NCBI GenBank assembly: GCA_030615605.1
Contig: JAUWYY010000005.1
Coordinates: forward strand, 119,067-183,066
From: a bacterium
Lineage (GTDB): Bacteria; Armatimonadota; Zipacnadia; Zipacnadales; Zipacnadaceae
Reading direction: 5' to 3'
Length of the DNA stretch: 64,000 nucleotides
Part shown: positions 26,563 to 37,442 of the stretch, piece by piece
Numbering within the stretch: position 1 is the first letter of the stretch
How the letters are laid out: each line of letters starts with the position of its first letter
The notes under the pieces: generated by a model
Told to the model about the DNA's origin: nothing
Databases searched by the model: none
What the model saw: the letters and a program-made list of their open reading frames with translations, nothing else
Translations under genes and position numbers: made by a program

Positions 26563-27546
26563 ATGGGTCATCTGACACTTGAGATTGGTGGAGTGAGCCT
26601 GCTGGTCCGATCCGAAGGCAAATTGTGTGCGAAGTTACGACCCCTTATGCACGGCTTTCTCGGCGAATCCAATGAGGCCGATTGCGTTGTACACGTAGTG
26701 GTACTCGAAGCGCGACCGGGTAATGGTGGTGTGACAGCAGATTGGGCGAAAGGACTGAGAACGTACGTCCAGGAGCAATGCACAAGGTTGTTTCCTAGAT
26801 CCCGCTTGGGCCCTCAGTTCGACCGGGTTGTGGAGTCGAGAGTCGGGGGTTTGTCCCCGTACTGTGACTCCGAAAGATTTCGTGATTGCTTCGACAGATT
26901 TCGCGGATGCGAAGGGGGGCACATTGTATGCCACATTGGGTTCGACCACGTCACATTCCTGGACAGGACCGAAGGGACTGGCACACTGTTTGGGCTGAGC
27001 GGCGCTTGGGGAGGTTTTCCGTGTGATCGTCGGCTGTTGTGGTTGGCCACAACTTGGTCCGCACTTGTGCCACCGTCCGATGGGCTGTTGCTGCATGCGG
27101 CAGCGATTGTGAAGGGTGCCCAGTCTTATATATTCGCTGGCGAATCCGGAGCGGGCAAGACGACGGTGGCCGAGCGATCGCCTGCAAGTAATGTGCTGAC
27201 GGACGAGATTGTGGCCGTGCGTAAGGTAGGAGACGAAGTACGCGCGTACAGCACGCCTTGGCGGCAGGCGGAGGGGACAGCGGACAAGAGCCGAGAAGCG
27301 ATTGTACAGAAGGTGTTCTTCCTTAGGCACGGGGATCGCACCTACTTCCGCGAGTGCCAACAGAATGAGGCGGTGCCCTGGCTGATCGCAACTGAATATG
27401 AGACTATGTACTCAGTACTAGTAGATCCGGCTCGGACAAAGGGAGTGTTCAGATCTTGCTGTCAGCTGGCAAACAATGTGGGCTGTTATGAGATGTACTT
27501 TCACAAGGACAGAGATTTCTGGTGCGAGTTGACCCTCTTGACATAG
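26563..27546 (+). CDS. HPr-kinase-related P-loop protein (ScmC-like)
   Basis: LLHAA, FAGESGAGKTT, LTDE, YSTPW. Confidence 0.8.
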   Translation: MGHLTLEIGGVSLLVRSEGKLCAKLRPLMHGFLGESNEADCVVHVVVLEARPGNGGVTADWAKGLRTYVQEQCTRLFPRSRLGPQFDRVVESRVGGLSPYCDSERFRDCFDRFRGCEGGHIVCHIGFDHVTFLDRTEGTGTLFGLSGAWGGFPCDRRLLWLATTWSALVPPSDGLLLHAAAIVKGAQSYIFAGESGAGKTTVAERSPASNVLTDEIVAVRKVGDEVRAYSTPWRQAEGTADKSREAIVQKVFFLRHGDRTYFRECQQNEAVPWLIATEYETMYSVLVDPARTKGVFRSCCQLANNVGCYEMYFHKDRDFWCELTLLT

Positions 27547-27566
27547 ATTGAGGTATGTGGTATAAT
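27538..27566 (+). promoter_or_regulatory. Perfect consensus sigma70 promoter upstream of the precursor
   Basis: TTGACA-17 bp-TATAAT with TG extended -10. Confidence 0.75.
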
Positions 27567-27892
27567 ATGTCCCTGGGGTAGCCGAGTGTGGCTCACGGAA
27601 CAGGAGGACAAACGCGAACCAACCACATGAGTGCACGGTGTTACATGATCCACGGGGGAAATGGCTCCAGAATTGGCCCTGGGGGGGAGTGGTGAGTCTG
27701 GCCGGGTAAGCCCTCGGAAGAACGGCTGCGGAGTCTACACAAGGTGGGACCTCGCGGCTCAGCCCCGGCTCAGAGCGACGAAAACCAGCGTGTGCTTGAG
27801 GCGAAGAATAGACTAGAGCGCAAAACGAAGTGCCAACTAGGCGCCACTAGTATGTTAGCATATTGCGTGAAGCTAAAGGCAGGTGTGTGAAC

Positions 27893-28093
27893 ATGGGTGA
27901 ATTAGATAGTAAGACTGCTATAGGATCGACGGACAGCGAAATCAGTGTCCAGTACGAGCCGCCTCGTGTGCTTGATCTCGGGGAGCTCGGCGAACAGGCG
28001 TGGGGGGCCGGACCTTTGGGAACGTGCACGAGTCCCGGAAACAGCCCAGGTAGACCCGGCACGTGCGTGAATCCCGGCAATAGCCCATTGTAA
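27893..28093 (+). CDS. RiPP precursor peptide (66 aa) with two GTCxxPGNSP core repeats
   Basis: Leader YEPPRVLDLG (YxxP RRE-binding type); core GTCTSPGNSP and GTCVNPGNSP. Confidence 0.8.
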   Translation: MGELDSKTAIGSTDSEISVQYEPPRVLDLGELGEQAWGAGPLGTCTSPGNSPGRPGTCVNPGNSPL

Positions 28094-29018
28094 TAGCGCC
28101 ACGTCGAACAGAAACCGTCCGCGGATGCTGCGCGGCCAAGCAGGCGGGTGGGGGCCATATAGTGTGCAGGTCGGGCAAACTGCTGCCCACCACGCAACGA
28201 ACTGGGCGCAGAGTGGTGCTCGGGTCCGGAGGAAGCGGGTGGGTGTCGCGATCAGTGTACGTTGTGGCCTACTGGGATGCGTGCAGACGGGTAGCTATGT
28301 GAGCGCTGTATCTATTGCCCACAGTACGTTTTGGTGCAAAGTGTGGAAGCCGGTCCTTCAGCGACGAGGTGGGATAATGAACGGCTTTGTGCGGAGAGAG
28401 ACAAGGCCGTGCAGGTTGTGGAACGAGTTCTTCGATCTCCGTGGCACTCGGTGGTGACGATACCATGCGTGGATGTCAGCGGGAGCCGGTATCGGGGCGG
28501 GACAGTGGCTTCCCGAGTGGTGAGACATGTCATACGTACTGGCACCGGAAGTGCGGAGCTGTCTGTGTAGTACGGCAACCATCGGGCAGACATTAAGAGT
28601 CAGCCTTATCAAGAGTTGTCGAGGGCTGCGACAAACAAATTATCTGGGCGACACACCCAAAACTCCTGAGTTATTCACTGGTGCGGCAGACTGGCTGAGG
28701 GCACACACATGTGGGTGCCGTGGTGATTGGCTTCTCCAGAAGCCGGGGTGCTCGCACACACTGGTATTAGCGGCTCTCCCATGCTGATTGCACTCATGTA
28801 CAACGGAGTCGCCTCTATCTTGCGCCTGCTCACATGGTTCCTATCGCCGCATTTCGGACGCGATCCCATTCAGAGCAAGGAGGTTCCCCACTCGTCAGGC
28901 TTATGATAGGAGGAGCGCAAGGAGTCCCGCAACCCCCCACAACGCGGGCGTCTGCGCGTTTTCCAACCAATGCTTTCGTGTCTGCCTCACCGTGCTCCCA
29001 CCGTGGATTCTCCGAGAG

Positions 29019-30953
29019 CTACATGCGGTAACGCTCTGCTTGCAAGCCGAACAATTTCGCATAAGTGCCACCAATACACAGCAGGGCCTCATGCGAGCCG
29101 GCCTCAATGATTCTACCGTTTGCCAGCACGAGGATATGATGGGCCATCCTCGTCGTAGAAAACCGATGCGAGATCAACAAGGTCGTCTTGCCGGTCGCCA
29201 ATTTGCCGGCTCGCTTGTATAGATCATGTTCGGCCCTAGCATCAAGCGCTGCCGTAGGCTCATCGAGTACTACAATCGGCGTATCGCGCATAAAGCCGCG
29301 TGCTAGTGCGATCTTTTGCCATTCGCCAGTTGAAAGATCTGTCGATCCCTCAAAGGTACGTCCAAGAACTGTGTCATAGCCCTTTGCCAGCTTCGCAATC
29401 AACTGGTCGGCTGCTGAGCGCTCGGCTGCCCGGGCGACTGATGCCATGTCGTCAACTTGGCTGACGTCACCGAGTCCAACGTTGTCCCGCGCTGTCAACT
29501 CATAACGGACAAAGTCCTGGAAAACCACACTGAACAACCCTCGTAGATAGTCTACATCGTAGTCCCTAATATCTAATCCGTCAAGAAGAATCTGTCCTTC
29601 CACAGGATCATACAGACGTAGGAGCAGCTTTACGAGCGTACTCTTCCCAGCACCGTTTTCTCCGACCAGAGCAGCAGTTGTGCCACCATCAATCCCAAGC
29701 GTCACCCCCTGTAAGACCATCTGGTTCGTACCAGGATATCGAAAATGAACGTTCCTGAATTCTATCTCAGGCGCCTCAGACACCGAAATCATACGCTTCT
29801 CCGACTTGGGCCAGGTAGCTCCCCTGAGCAGACTTCCTTCAAGCGATTGCGGATCCAAGTCTAAGAAATCAAAAAGGTTCTGGAGAAACAAAGCCCCCTC
29901 GTACCCGTACCCGATATTCGTAGACAATATCGTAAGCTGATTGATCGTCGCCCCAATGGCTGAGAAATAGAGAGACACGTCGCCAACGCTGATGGTGCCC
30001 TGCAGAGCCCGAAGCACAACATAACCCCACCCCCCCGCGAGCCCCACGGCTGTCACTATTCCGAGCCCGAGCATCATGCGACTGCGGAGCAGCACAAGTC
30101 CCACATTCTCAGTGAAGAACTTTCGCCATACATTCCAAGTCTCGTCTATCAAGTAGTCTGCCAAGCCAAAGACGCGGATTTCCTTCGCGGCGTCTCGCCC
30201 CGTCAGCAGGTTGCAAAGGTAGGTTACCAGTCTGGTCTCGGGGGCGCGCTGTGTCACCACACTCCAGTTCAGTCGAGCATATCGGCAGTAACCTACAGCG
30301 TAGGGAAGTGAGACGGCGACCGCCCCGACTGCAGCCAGCCAGTGAAAACGAACAAGGACGACTATCATTGACGACAGGGTAACCACCGCTTGAATCAGCA
30401 TAAGGAACCATTGTATGGCACCAGCTACTCTGTCAACACTTGCCCTCGCATTCTCAAGCTTGTCGTAGAAGGTTGGGGTCTCAAAGAAAGCTAGATCCAA
30501 CCGTGCAGCCTTTCGAAGAATACGGAGATTGACGTGCTGGCGCACAAGATCTGAGAAGATCTCGCGGGTGTTGACACTCATACTCGCCTCAACCTGTCTA
30601 ATGACCAAGAGTACGAACTGGGCGCAAAGTAGCCACAATAGGGTGTGAACATTGTCCTGATGTTGTGTGTGTGTAGTCGTGATCGTGGAAGTTATCTCAT
30701 CAAGAAACAGTTTGATGATCCACATCTGGGCGACCGGCGTTAGGCCAGCCACGACGAATGGAACGATGGCGCTCAGCATTCGGCCAGGGCTCACATCCCA
30801 TCCAAGGCGAAATGCAGTTGCGTAGCTGTTGACAGTCTGTTTGACTTCCGCGGACGCCGATGCCAGCCGGTCCGTTACCCTCATCACTGTGCTCCCGCAA
30901 ACGGAGATTGTTGCCAGAGATAGCTCTCCCGAAAGAGAAGGTACGCCATTCAA
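29019..30953 (-). CDS. ABC transporter, fused permease/ATPase
   Basis: TM region, GENGAGKST, LSTGEWQ, VLDEPT, ISHR. Confidence 0.95.
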   Translation of the reverse strand: MNGVPSLSGELSLATISVCGSTVMRVTDRLASASAEVKQTVNSYATAFRLGWDVSPGRMLSAIVPFVVAGLTPVAQMWIIKLFLDEITSTITTTHTQHQDNVHTLLWLLCAQFVLLVIRQVEASMSVNTREIFSDLVRQHVNLRILRKAARLDLAFFETPTFYDKLENARASVDRVAGAIQWFLMLIQAVVTLSSMIVVLVRFHWLAAVGAVAVSLPYAVGYCRYARLNWSVVTQRAPETRLVTYLCNLLTGRDAAKEIRVFGLADYLIDETWNVWRKFFTENVGLVLLRSRMMLGLGIVTAVGLAGGWGYVVLRALQGTISVGDVSLYFSAIGATINQLTILSTNIGYGYEGALFLQNLFDFLDLDPQSLEGSLLRGATWPKSEKRMISVSEAPEIEFRNVHFRYPGTNQMVLQGVTLGIDGGTTAALVGENGAGKSTLVKLLLRLYDPVEGQILLDGLDIRDYDVDYLRGLFSVVFQDFVRYELTARDNVGLGDVSQVDDMASVARAAERSAADQLIAKLAKGYDTVLGRTFEGSTDLSTGEWQKIALARGFMRDTPIVVLDEPTAALDARAEHDLYKRAGKLATGKTTLLISHRFSTTRMAHHILVLANGRIIEAGSHEALLCIGGTYAKLFGLQAERYRM

Positions 30954-31116
30954 CCCTCGAAAACGGACTTGTCCTATGAGACTGTTCAGTTGTATAGTTT
31001 ACCTTGCCTCGTGAAGGAACGCAAGTAGGTATCACACTACTGCCTGTAGGTGGTTCGGCTTTTCGGGCTCTTGCACTACTGATCATCTTCTCAGTCCACC
31101 ACTGGACACAGTCCGC

Positions 31117-31900
31117 ATAAGCGCTGGTCAGAAAGTGAGGCGGTAGTGGGGGCGGTTGAAAAGTGCGGCACCCCTTAAACTTAATCAGGGCGGGGGACTG
31201 GCCGTTCGGGAGCTACTGAGCATTGTCCCAGATGGGTTTGAGCCTACAGGAGAAGTGGTGCATACCGACATGAGATGGTGGACACAGATTCGTATCCAGG
31301 TACTGCGCGAGGGGGCCAGCAAGCGTCAGATTCTGCGAGAGACGAGCATCCACTGGAGTACGCTGCAGAAGATCCTGGAGTATCCGGAGCCTCCCGGTTA
31401 CCGACAGAGCAAACCTCGTGCGCCCAGCCCAAGCTAGGTCCCCACATTGGTCGTATCCAGCAGTGGAACAAGACCAGACGGTGTCCAAAGAGCAGTGCCA
31501 CACCACTAAACGCATCTTTGAGCGGCTGCAAGCCGAGGGCTACATCGGCGGCTATACACAAGTGAACGCCAAGGTGCGGGGACTGCAGCAGCTCAGGCAG
31601 GGAGTTCATATGTCGCTAGCGCACCGGCCGGGCGAAGCGCAGATGGATATGGGCCAGGCCCTGGTAAAGCAACGAGGCCAGCTTGGGAAGGTGTTCTTCT
31701 TCGTAATGTGCTTGCCCTACGCGGATGCTTTGCTTGTGCAAACCTTCCCCCGCGCCTGCACCGAGACGTTCTGGGAATTCCACCGGCGGGCGTTTGCTCT
31801 CTTCGCCGGGGTCCCCCTGATCATCTACGACAATGATTGGGTGTTGATCGCTAAGATCCTGGGAGGGCATGAGCGGGCGCTGACTGGCAGCAGAGGATGA
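31117..31900 (+). mobile_element. IS21-family istA pseudogene fragment with left-end repeats
   Basis: SKRQILRETSIHWSTLQKIL, HRPGEAQMD, FVMCLPY; frameshifted and truncated. Confidence 0.8.
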
Positions 31901-31973
31901 GTCGGCCACAACGAAGGCCAGAGTACACGTTATTTGTTGGCCCGATTTGTCCGAATAGATAGGAGGACATAGT

Positions 31974-32862
31974 ATAGTGGACCCCAAAAACTGGACAACA
32001 GAAATGGGTACCAGAAGTAGCATGACCAAGCGAAAGACGTATACGGCAGCCTTCAAGGCCAAGGTAGTATTAGAGCTTTTGCGGGAGGAGAAGCCGCTGG
32101 CGCAAGTGGCGGCTGAGTACGAGGTGCATCCCAGCCAGTTGCGCAAATGGAAGCAGAAGGCGGTGGAGCACCTGCCTAGCCTGTTTACAGACAGCAAGCA
32201 GGATCAGGCGCAGCAGCAAGCCGAACATCAACGCCGGCTTGAACAGCTCTACGCAGAGATCGGGCGGTTGACCACGCAGATAGGGTGGTTGAAAAAAAGC
32301 TGGTATCGACCAGCTCCCGGAGTGAGCGGCGCAAGATGATCGAACGGGACCATCGACAACTGCCGCTGACGGTGCAGTGCCAGTTGCTGGGCGTAAGTCG
32401 TTCCAGTGTGTACTACCGGCCGGTGGCGGTCTCGCCTGAAGAGGTGGGGCTCAAGCACCGGATCGATGAGATCTACACGGCGTGGCCGTTTTACGGTTCG
32501 CGGCGGCTCACGGCGCAACTACGGCGGGAAGGTCATCAGATCAACCGCAAGCGGGTGCAACGCTACATGCGCGAGATGGGTATATATGCTATCTGTCCGC
32601 GGCCGAACTTGACCCGCCGAGCGGGTGGATCTATCTGGTGGCGGTGGTGGACTGGCACTCGCGCTACGTGGTCAGTTGGGAGCTGGTTCAGACCGTGGAT
32701 TACTGCACACCCTGGGAGGTCTATTCTGACTCGCTGGGCCGGCTTGCCCCCCGGGGGGGGCAGCGGTGGGCACAGCGAACAACCCTTTCAAACCCAAGCC
32801 AGGATACCAATATGAATCTAAAAAAGAGCGCTATGCCTGTCTTAACAACGGGGCCCACCTAA
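31974..32862 (+). mobile_element. IS3-family element with internal deletion (orfA 32022..32339, broken orfB)
   Basis: YTAAFKAKVVLE; A7 slippery run; FYGSRR..NRKRVQR; YLVAVVDWHSR; imperfect terminal IRs. Confidence 0.85.
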
Positions 32863-32989
32863 GCTTCACTTGCGCTACCGGCTTGCTCAAGCTGCTTGCC
32901 GTGTTCTTTCTTCTCCCCGCTGCTTCTTTCTTAGTTCTATGTCTTCCCTCCTAGAGGAGGAGCCTTCTGCCTTGTCTACCTAACGCGCA

Positions 32990-33362
32990 ACATCCCCATT
33001 TGTCCCATTTTCGCTGAGGACGTACACCGTTCACGTTTCTCGGCTTTGCCTTTGTCGCCGGACTGCTCATCTCTATCCTGGAGTTGTTCTGTACCGGCCA
33101 GATATACCTTCCTACTTTGATGTATATGTGGAGCACTGAGACTCTGCGGGCGAGGACTTTCCAATTGCTTGTGCTATATGTCGCCATGTTCACGCTGCCA
33201 ATAGTAGCGTTCACTCTAGTAGCCTACGTTGGCGCTAGCTCCCAGCACCTGGCCCAACTGACTCGCAGGCATACAGCACTCGTGAAGCTGGCGATAACCG
33301 GGTTCTTCGTTGTCTTGACCATCTACCTCGGTTCGGTTTCCTTCACCTTATTCTGGGGTTGA
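32990..33362 (+). pseudogene. 3' fragment of a CcdA/cytochrome c biogenesis-like membrane protein
   Basis: SILELFCTGQIYLPTL and TM helices; 5' part missing next to the IS. Confidence 0.55.
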
Positions 33363-33606
33363 CCTTTTTCTCGCTACAAAGCTTACCGACTCCGAAGGAC
33401 GTACTGGCCGATGGGCTCGAGTTGCGGGCCTCGTCGTGGACGCGCAGATGCAGGAGCCAGTTGCCCAGTGCGGCCGCAGCCGGAGCAGAGGAGGCCTTGA
33501 CAGAGAGTCACCCCTGTGATATTGTCCTCCGCACCATCTGATCGCAGTTGCGGTCACCACCCCAAAGCACCGGAGGCAGCGAAGCGGCACATAACCTGCG
33601 CGCAAG

Positions 33607-33845
33607 TGTGTACATAATCCCCTAGTACTTATGTCCACAGTCGGCTAATAGATGTGTCTATAACTCGGCTTATAGACTCACTTTCCCCGACTTATGGACT
33701 CATTTTCGGCGTCCTGGCCACATTCGGCTTGAAGAATGAGTCCATATGCAGAGTTATGGACTCAATATCAAGTCACCAGCTTCAGCCGTCAGAAGACGGC
33801 TCCGAAGCGTAGAAAAATGAGTCCATAATAGTGCTTATGGTCCAA
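33607..33845. repeat. Array of dif-like palindromic recombinase sites
   Basis: 11-6-11 sites at 33653-33680, 33737-33764 and 33818-33845; 11-11-11 site at 33607-33639; half site at 33692-33702. Confidence 0.8.
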
Positions 33846-33894
33846 CTGGCTGATTTCGCCTCCGACAACGCAAACCAGAAGGGAGCGTTGTCAG

Positions 33895-34797
33895 ATGCGA
33901 ATCGAAGAGCTGCATCAGGAGTTTCTCACTTACCTGTCCGTCGAGCGCAACTGCAGTCCCCTCACAATTCAGGCGTACAAGTCCGACGGACGAATGTTTC
34001 TTCAGTCATTGGAGGAACAGGGAGTACCCCCGGAAGTCGAGGCCATCACCAAGCAGGCTGTGCGTCAGTACGTCGTGTGGCTGCGGGAGCGGGGCCTCAA
34101 GCCGTCGTCAGTGGCCCGACGGATCAATTCTCTGCGGTCGTTCTGGAACTACCTGTGGGACAACGACTACACGAAGACCAACCCGTTCCGGCACGTGACG
34201 CTTCCCCGCCAGCCACGCAATCTGCCCACATACTTGTCCGAGGACGAGTGTCGGCGGGTGATCAAAGCTGCGGGCAACCAGCAGTGCCAGTTTGACGCCA
34301 TTCGCGACAAAGCAGTGCTGATGTTCATGATGTTCACGGGCGCTCGGCGTAGTGAAGTGCTGCGCCTGCACTGGAGCGACGTAGACTTGGACCAGCAGAT
34401 AGTGCGCTTCTCGGCAGCCAAGGGCGACCGGACGAGGGTATTACCGCTGGCGCGGGAAGTCTGCGATGTGCTGCACGAGTGGCGAGAGGTGCGGCCCGAA
34501 AGCAGCCACAGACTCGTATTCACTGCCAAGTGGGGAGCCCGACTAGGACGCTATGGACTCGCGAGCGCACTGCGTCGAGCACTGGAGTCGGCAGGTATCG
34601 ACCGGCCCGACATTACACCCCACAAACTGCGCCACTCATTTGCCTGCATGCTGCTGAGCAACGGTGCTGACCTGCACTGCCTGCAGGAGATGCTGGGCCA
34701 CAGCCGCCTGGACACAACCGGCATCTATCTGCATGCCACAGCCGACAGCCTCCGCGCTGCCATGAGAAGACATCCGCTGTCGAGCGACTGCGGTTAG
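33895..34797 (+). CDS. XerC/XerD-like tyrosine recombinase
   Basis: SPLTIQAY, GARRSE, AKG, HKLRH, MLGHSRLDTTGIY. Confidence 0.95.
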   Translation: MRIEELHQEFLTYLSVERNCSPLTIQAYKSDGRMFLQSLEEQGVPPEVEAITKQAVRQYVVWLRERGLKPSSVARRINSLRSFWNYLWDNDYTKTNPFRHVTLPRQPRNLPTYLSEDECRRVIKAAGNQQCQFDAIRDKAVLMFMMFTGARRSEVLRLHWSDVDLDQQIVRFSAAKGDRTRVLPLAREVCDVLHEWREVRPESSHRLVFTAKWGARLGRYGLASALRRALESAGIDRPDITPHKLRHSFACMLLSNGADLHCLQEMLGHSRLDTTGIYLHATADSLRAAMRRHPLSSDCG

Positions 34798-35084
34798 TGT
34801 CGACACCTCGTCGACGGTAGCAGCGCTATCACGAAGCGCTGGCAAGCTGCGGCAAAGGGATGTCTACCGGGGCCGCACGGAGCAAGTGCTCAGCAGCAGA
34901 AAGGAGGTAAGCGGCGAACTGTACAGCGGGGCGCCATCATAACCTGGCGCTAATCAGCAGTACTGGGCGAGTTAACCAAAAAGGGGCCAAGTTGCACCCT
35001 ACCTTTGGCCCTCAAATGCCCAAGAGGTTCTGACGACGTACACCTCGAAGTCCCACTCTTCGTGATTTACGCTTTGATGGCCGA

Positions 35085-35386
35085 GTAGCATCGAGGGGCA
35101 CCAAAACGCGAATCAGCTATACCTCGATGCGGAAATCAAGACATTTCGCCTGTCCCAACAAGCTTACTCACTGTGGCTGTCACAGCCCTAAATGGCGAAA
35201 AGGAAGCTCCTAAATCTGCTACTATTAAACTGCACCTTCGATGGCGAAAACCTATACGCCATATACACAAAACCCTTCTGCTGGTTGGCAGAAGGGGCTG
35301 CTCGTCCTGACTGGCTCCCCCTACCGGACGATTATCGCAACTTTTTCGGAAGCAATGAGTGCCGGGAGCTTGCACTCGCAATCTAG
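35085..35386 (+). pseudogene. C-terminal remnant of a large serine recombinase
   Basis: HQNANQLYLD..QAYSLWLSQP*..KRKLLNLLLLNCTFDGENL..KPF..WLP; in-frame stop. Confidence 0.65.
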
Positions 35387-35769
35387 CTGAAAGTCGCGTT
35401 TCGGGGGCAAACGCAACAACTCTTCAAGCTTCGTTCGTAGTGAGGAGTGTCGCCAACTGTCCGGAGTCACGTCGTGACCGCTGGCTGCACCAACTGCAGC
35501 CATTCTGCCTTCGTATTCCAGAGAGTGTGTCTATAAGCCGAGTGATAGGACACTTTCTTGAGCGATTCTTGAGCATTTTCGTGCCAAAGTGGGCCCATAA
35601 GTGGGTGGCTGGGACATCCTCCATCTTGAGACATTGGACAGCTTACTTTGTACATCATTAGTTCCCCGCCGAATCGATTTGTCCTCCTTGCTCCGAAAGT
35701 TCCGGTGACATAGACGCAGTTGCGATATTGCCTCTTCCTTGCATCCATATTCCTCAAATACCAACACTA

Positions 35770-36050
35770 CACCTGGACTCGTTTTCGGGGGCAAGGCCAG
35801 GGCAAGCGAAACAAGTCAGCTTTCGCCTGCAGATGAGCAGCATCAATGATGCGCAGCCGGTCGCTTACCAATCCCGCCTCGCGGGCCTCGGTGATGATCT
35901 CATTGAATATCTGCTGAAACTTCTCGAGTCCCAGACGGCTGCGGAATCGTGAGATGATGGAGTGATCCGGCAGTTCCAAATCATAGGCGTCCACGGCGCT
36001 GTTTTGGACGGTCCTCAGCACCTGTTCGGTCAGACTATTCATGCACCGTT
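35770..36050 (-). pseudogene. IS5/IS1182-like transposase fragment
   Basis: LPDHSIISRFRSRLG..EAGLV..IIDAAH. Confidence 0.7.
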
Positions 36051-36461
36051 CGCGCGCTTCCCGCCAGTCATCAGTAGACGAAAGAAAATCAGGCGGTTCC
36101 TTCCAGATTGCACCAATCAGGTTCAAGAGGGTAGCGGAAGAGCCGCTGGCCACGACTGGCTCATAGACGAAGCCCACTACGGGGTCAGCTATCCACCCCT
36201 TGGCCTTGGCGGATATTAGCGGATTGCCTTTGCGGTTACGGTCATCTTCATACTCGTACACACCCACGAGAGCTACCCACGCGACCACGGGCCGATCATC
36301 CGTGGCCCGAAATCTATCGCCAAGTGCGAGGCATTTGGAGCAAGCGGACTACAGAAAGCATGTTAGGCGACCAAGAGCTGATTCGGCTGACTTTTCGTCG
36401 CGGCTAGCCTTGACACCATCGCCCCAGCTCAAAAAAAGGTTCCAGAGCGCGACCGAAATTC

Positions 36462-37442
36462 TCACCACCAATCGCTCGCCGGTGGCCGAGTATAGGCCGG
36501 CTGGCAGACGACAGTCCACCCTTCAGTGGAGGCATAGTAATCGCATTTATGGACGCCGCGTTCAGTATGATGCCACTTGAAATATCGCAGCGCCAGTTGA
36601 TTCGGGACGAGGGTGTGGAAGTATTCTGGGTTCGTGAGGTCAACAACGACGATAGCAGGTCTTTTGTCAACGCTGTCCCACCGCAGAGCTTGCGCGATGG
36701 CAAGGCGTACACCGCCATACTCCTCGGTCGCGAGAGCAGCCTGGAGCACATTCCTTGCGGCGTTGGTGCCCAACTGTCCCAGCGATAGAGCAGCCTGAGC
36801 GCAGCAGAAGGCAGCGGCATCCCGGTGGGCAAGTGGTGCAGGACTCTTGGGCTGGTAGCTTAAATAACTACGGAGTGCATCAATAGTACCAGGCACTCGG
36901 AGTGCTCCCAGCGCCGCTATCATCTCCGGCGTCGGGGGCTTGTCTTGCGTGTGTTTCTCCAGCTCTTCTAAGATAGGATCCAGCGCTACATCTCCCATCC
37001 TTCTCAACGCGGCTATCGCAGGCCATGTCTCATAGCCGTAACGCAGCCGGGTGATAACTAACGGGATCAGTTGCGCATCCGCAGACTTCACCACGGTTCT
37101 ATAGACAGCATCCTGGCACGGTGTATCGTCGGTTAGGCGATTGGCTATTATGCGACTTCCATCCGGGCCCATGCTGAGTAACTCTGCGCAGGCCTCGTCC
37201 AGGACTTCCTCTTCACTGCTGTCAAGACACGCATACAGCCATGCGGTACGCTCAGTCTTATCCTTCGCGCGCCAACCCAAATAGTATAGTGACTCAGCCG
37301 CCTGCGCGCGGGCCCGCGACTCAACGGATGTCAGCTTCCGCAACGAAAGCCTAATCGCGGCGTATCTGCGAATTGACAAGCCCGCTATCACCATCAGGAC
37401 AGTAGCCAACAGAAAGGCTGTGACGCGGACGCCTTTCTTCAC
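36462..37442 (-). CDS. HEAT-repeat protein with N-terminal TM/signal
   Basis: AIAALRRMG, AALGALR, AALSLGQLG repeats; SD GGAGGTG. Confidence 0.75.
   Translation of the reverse strand: MKKGVRVTAFLLATVLMVIAGLSIRRYAAIRLSLRKLTSVESRARAQAAESLYYLGWRAKDKTERTAWLYACLDSSEEEVLDEACAELLSMGPDGSRIIANRLTDDTPCQDAVYRTVVKSADAQLIPLVITRLRYGYETWPAIAALRRMGDVALDPILEELEKHTQDKPPTPEMIAALGALRVPGTIDALRSYLSYQPKSPAPLAHRDAAAFCCAQAALSLGQLGTNAARNVLQAALATEEYGGVRLAIAQALRWDSVDKRPAIVVVDLTNPEYFHTLVPNQLALRYFKWHHTERGVHKCDYYASTEGWTVVCQPAYTRPPASDWW

Noticed and set aside
21396..28093. Lasso peptide cluster
   Set aside because: Leader and accessory genes are lasso-like, but there is no asparagine-synthetase-like cyclase or B2 protease
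28100..29000. Additional precursors or genes after the precursor
   Set aside because: Several overlapping short ORFs, none with a leader motif, clear SD or recognisable domain
33607..33845. CRISPR array
   Set aside because: Units are degenerate palindromes with variable centres rather than identical repeats; no cas genes
19162..34797. Chromosomal xerC/xerD assignments for the two Xer-like genes
   Set aside because: Mobile context and multiple paralogs; orthology cannot be shown from sequence alone
35290..35345. tRNA gene
   Set aside because: Only a 10-nt acceptor-like end; no cloverleaf or T-loop
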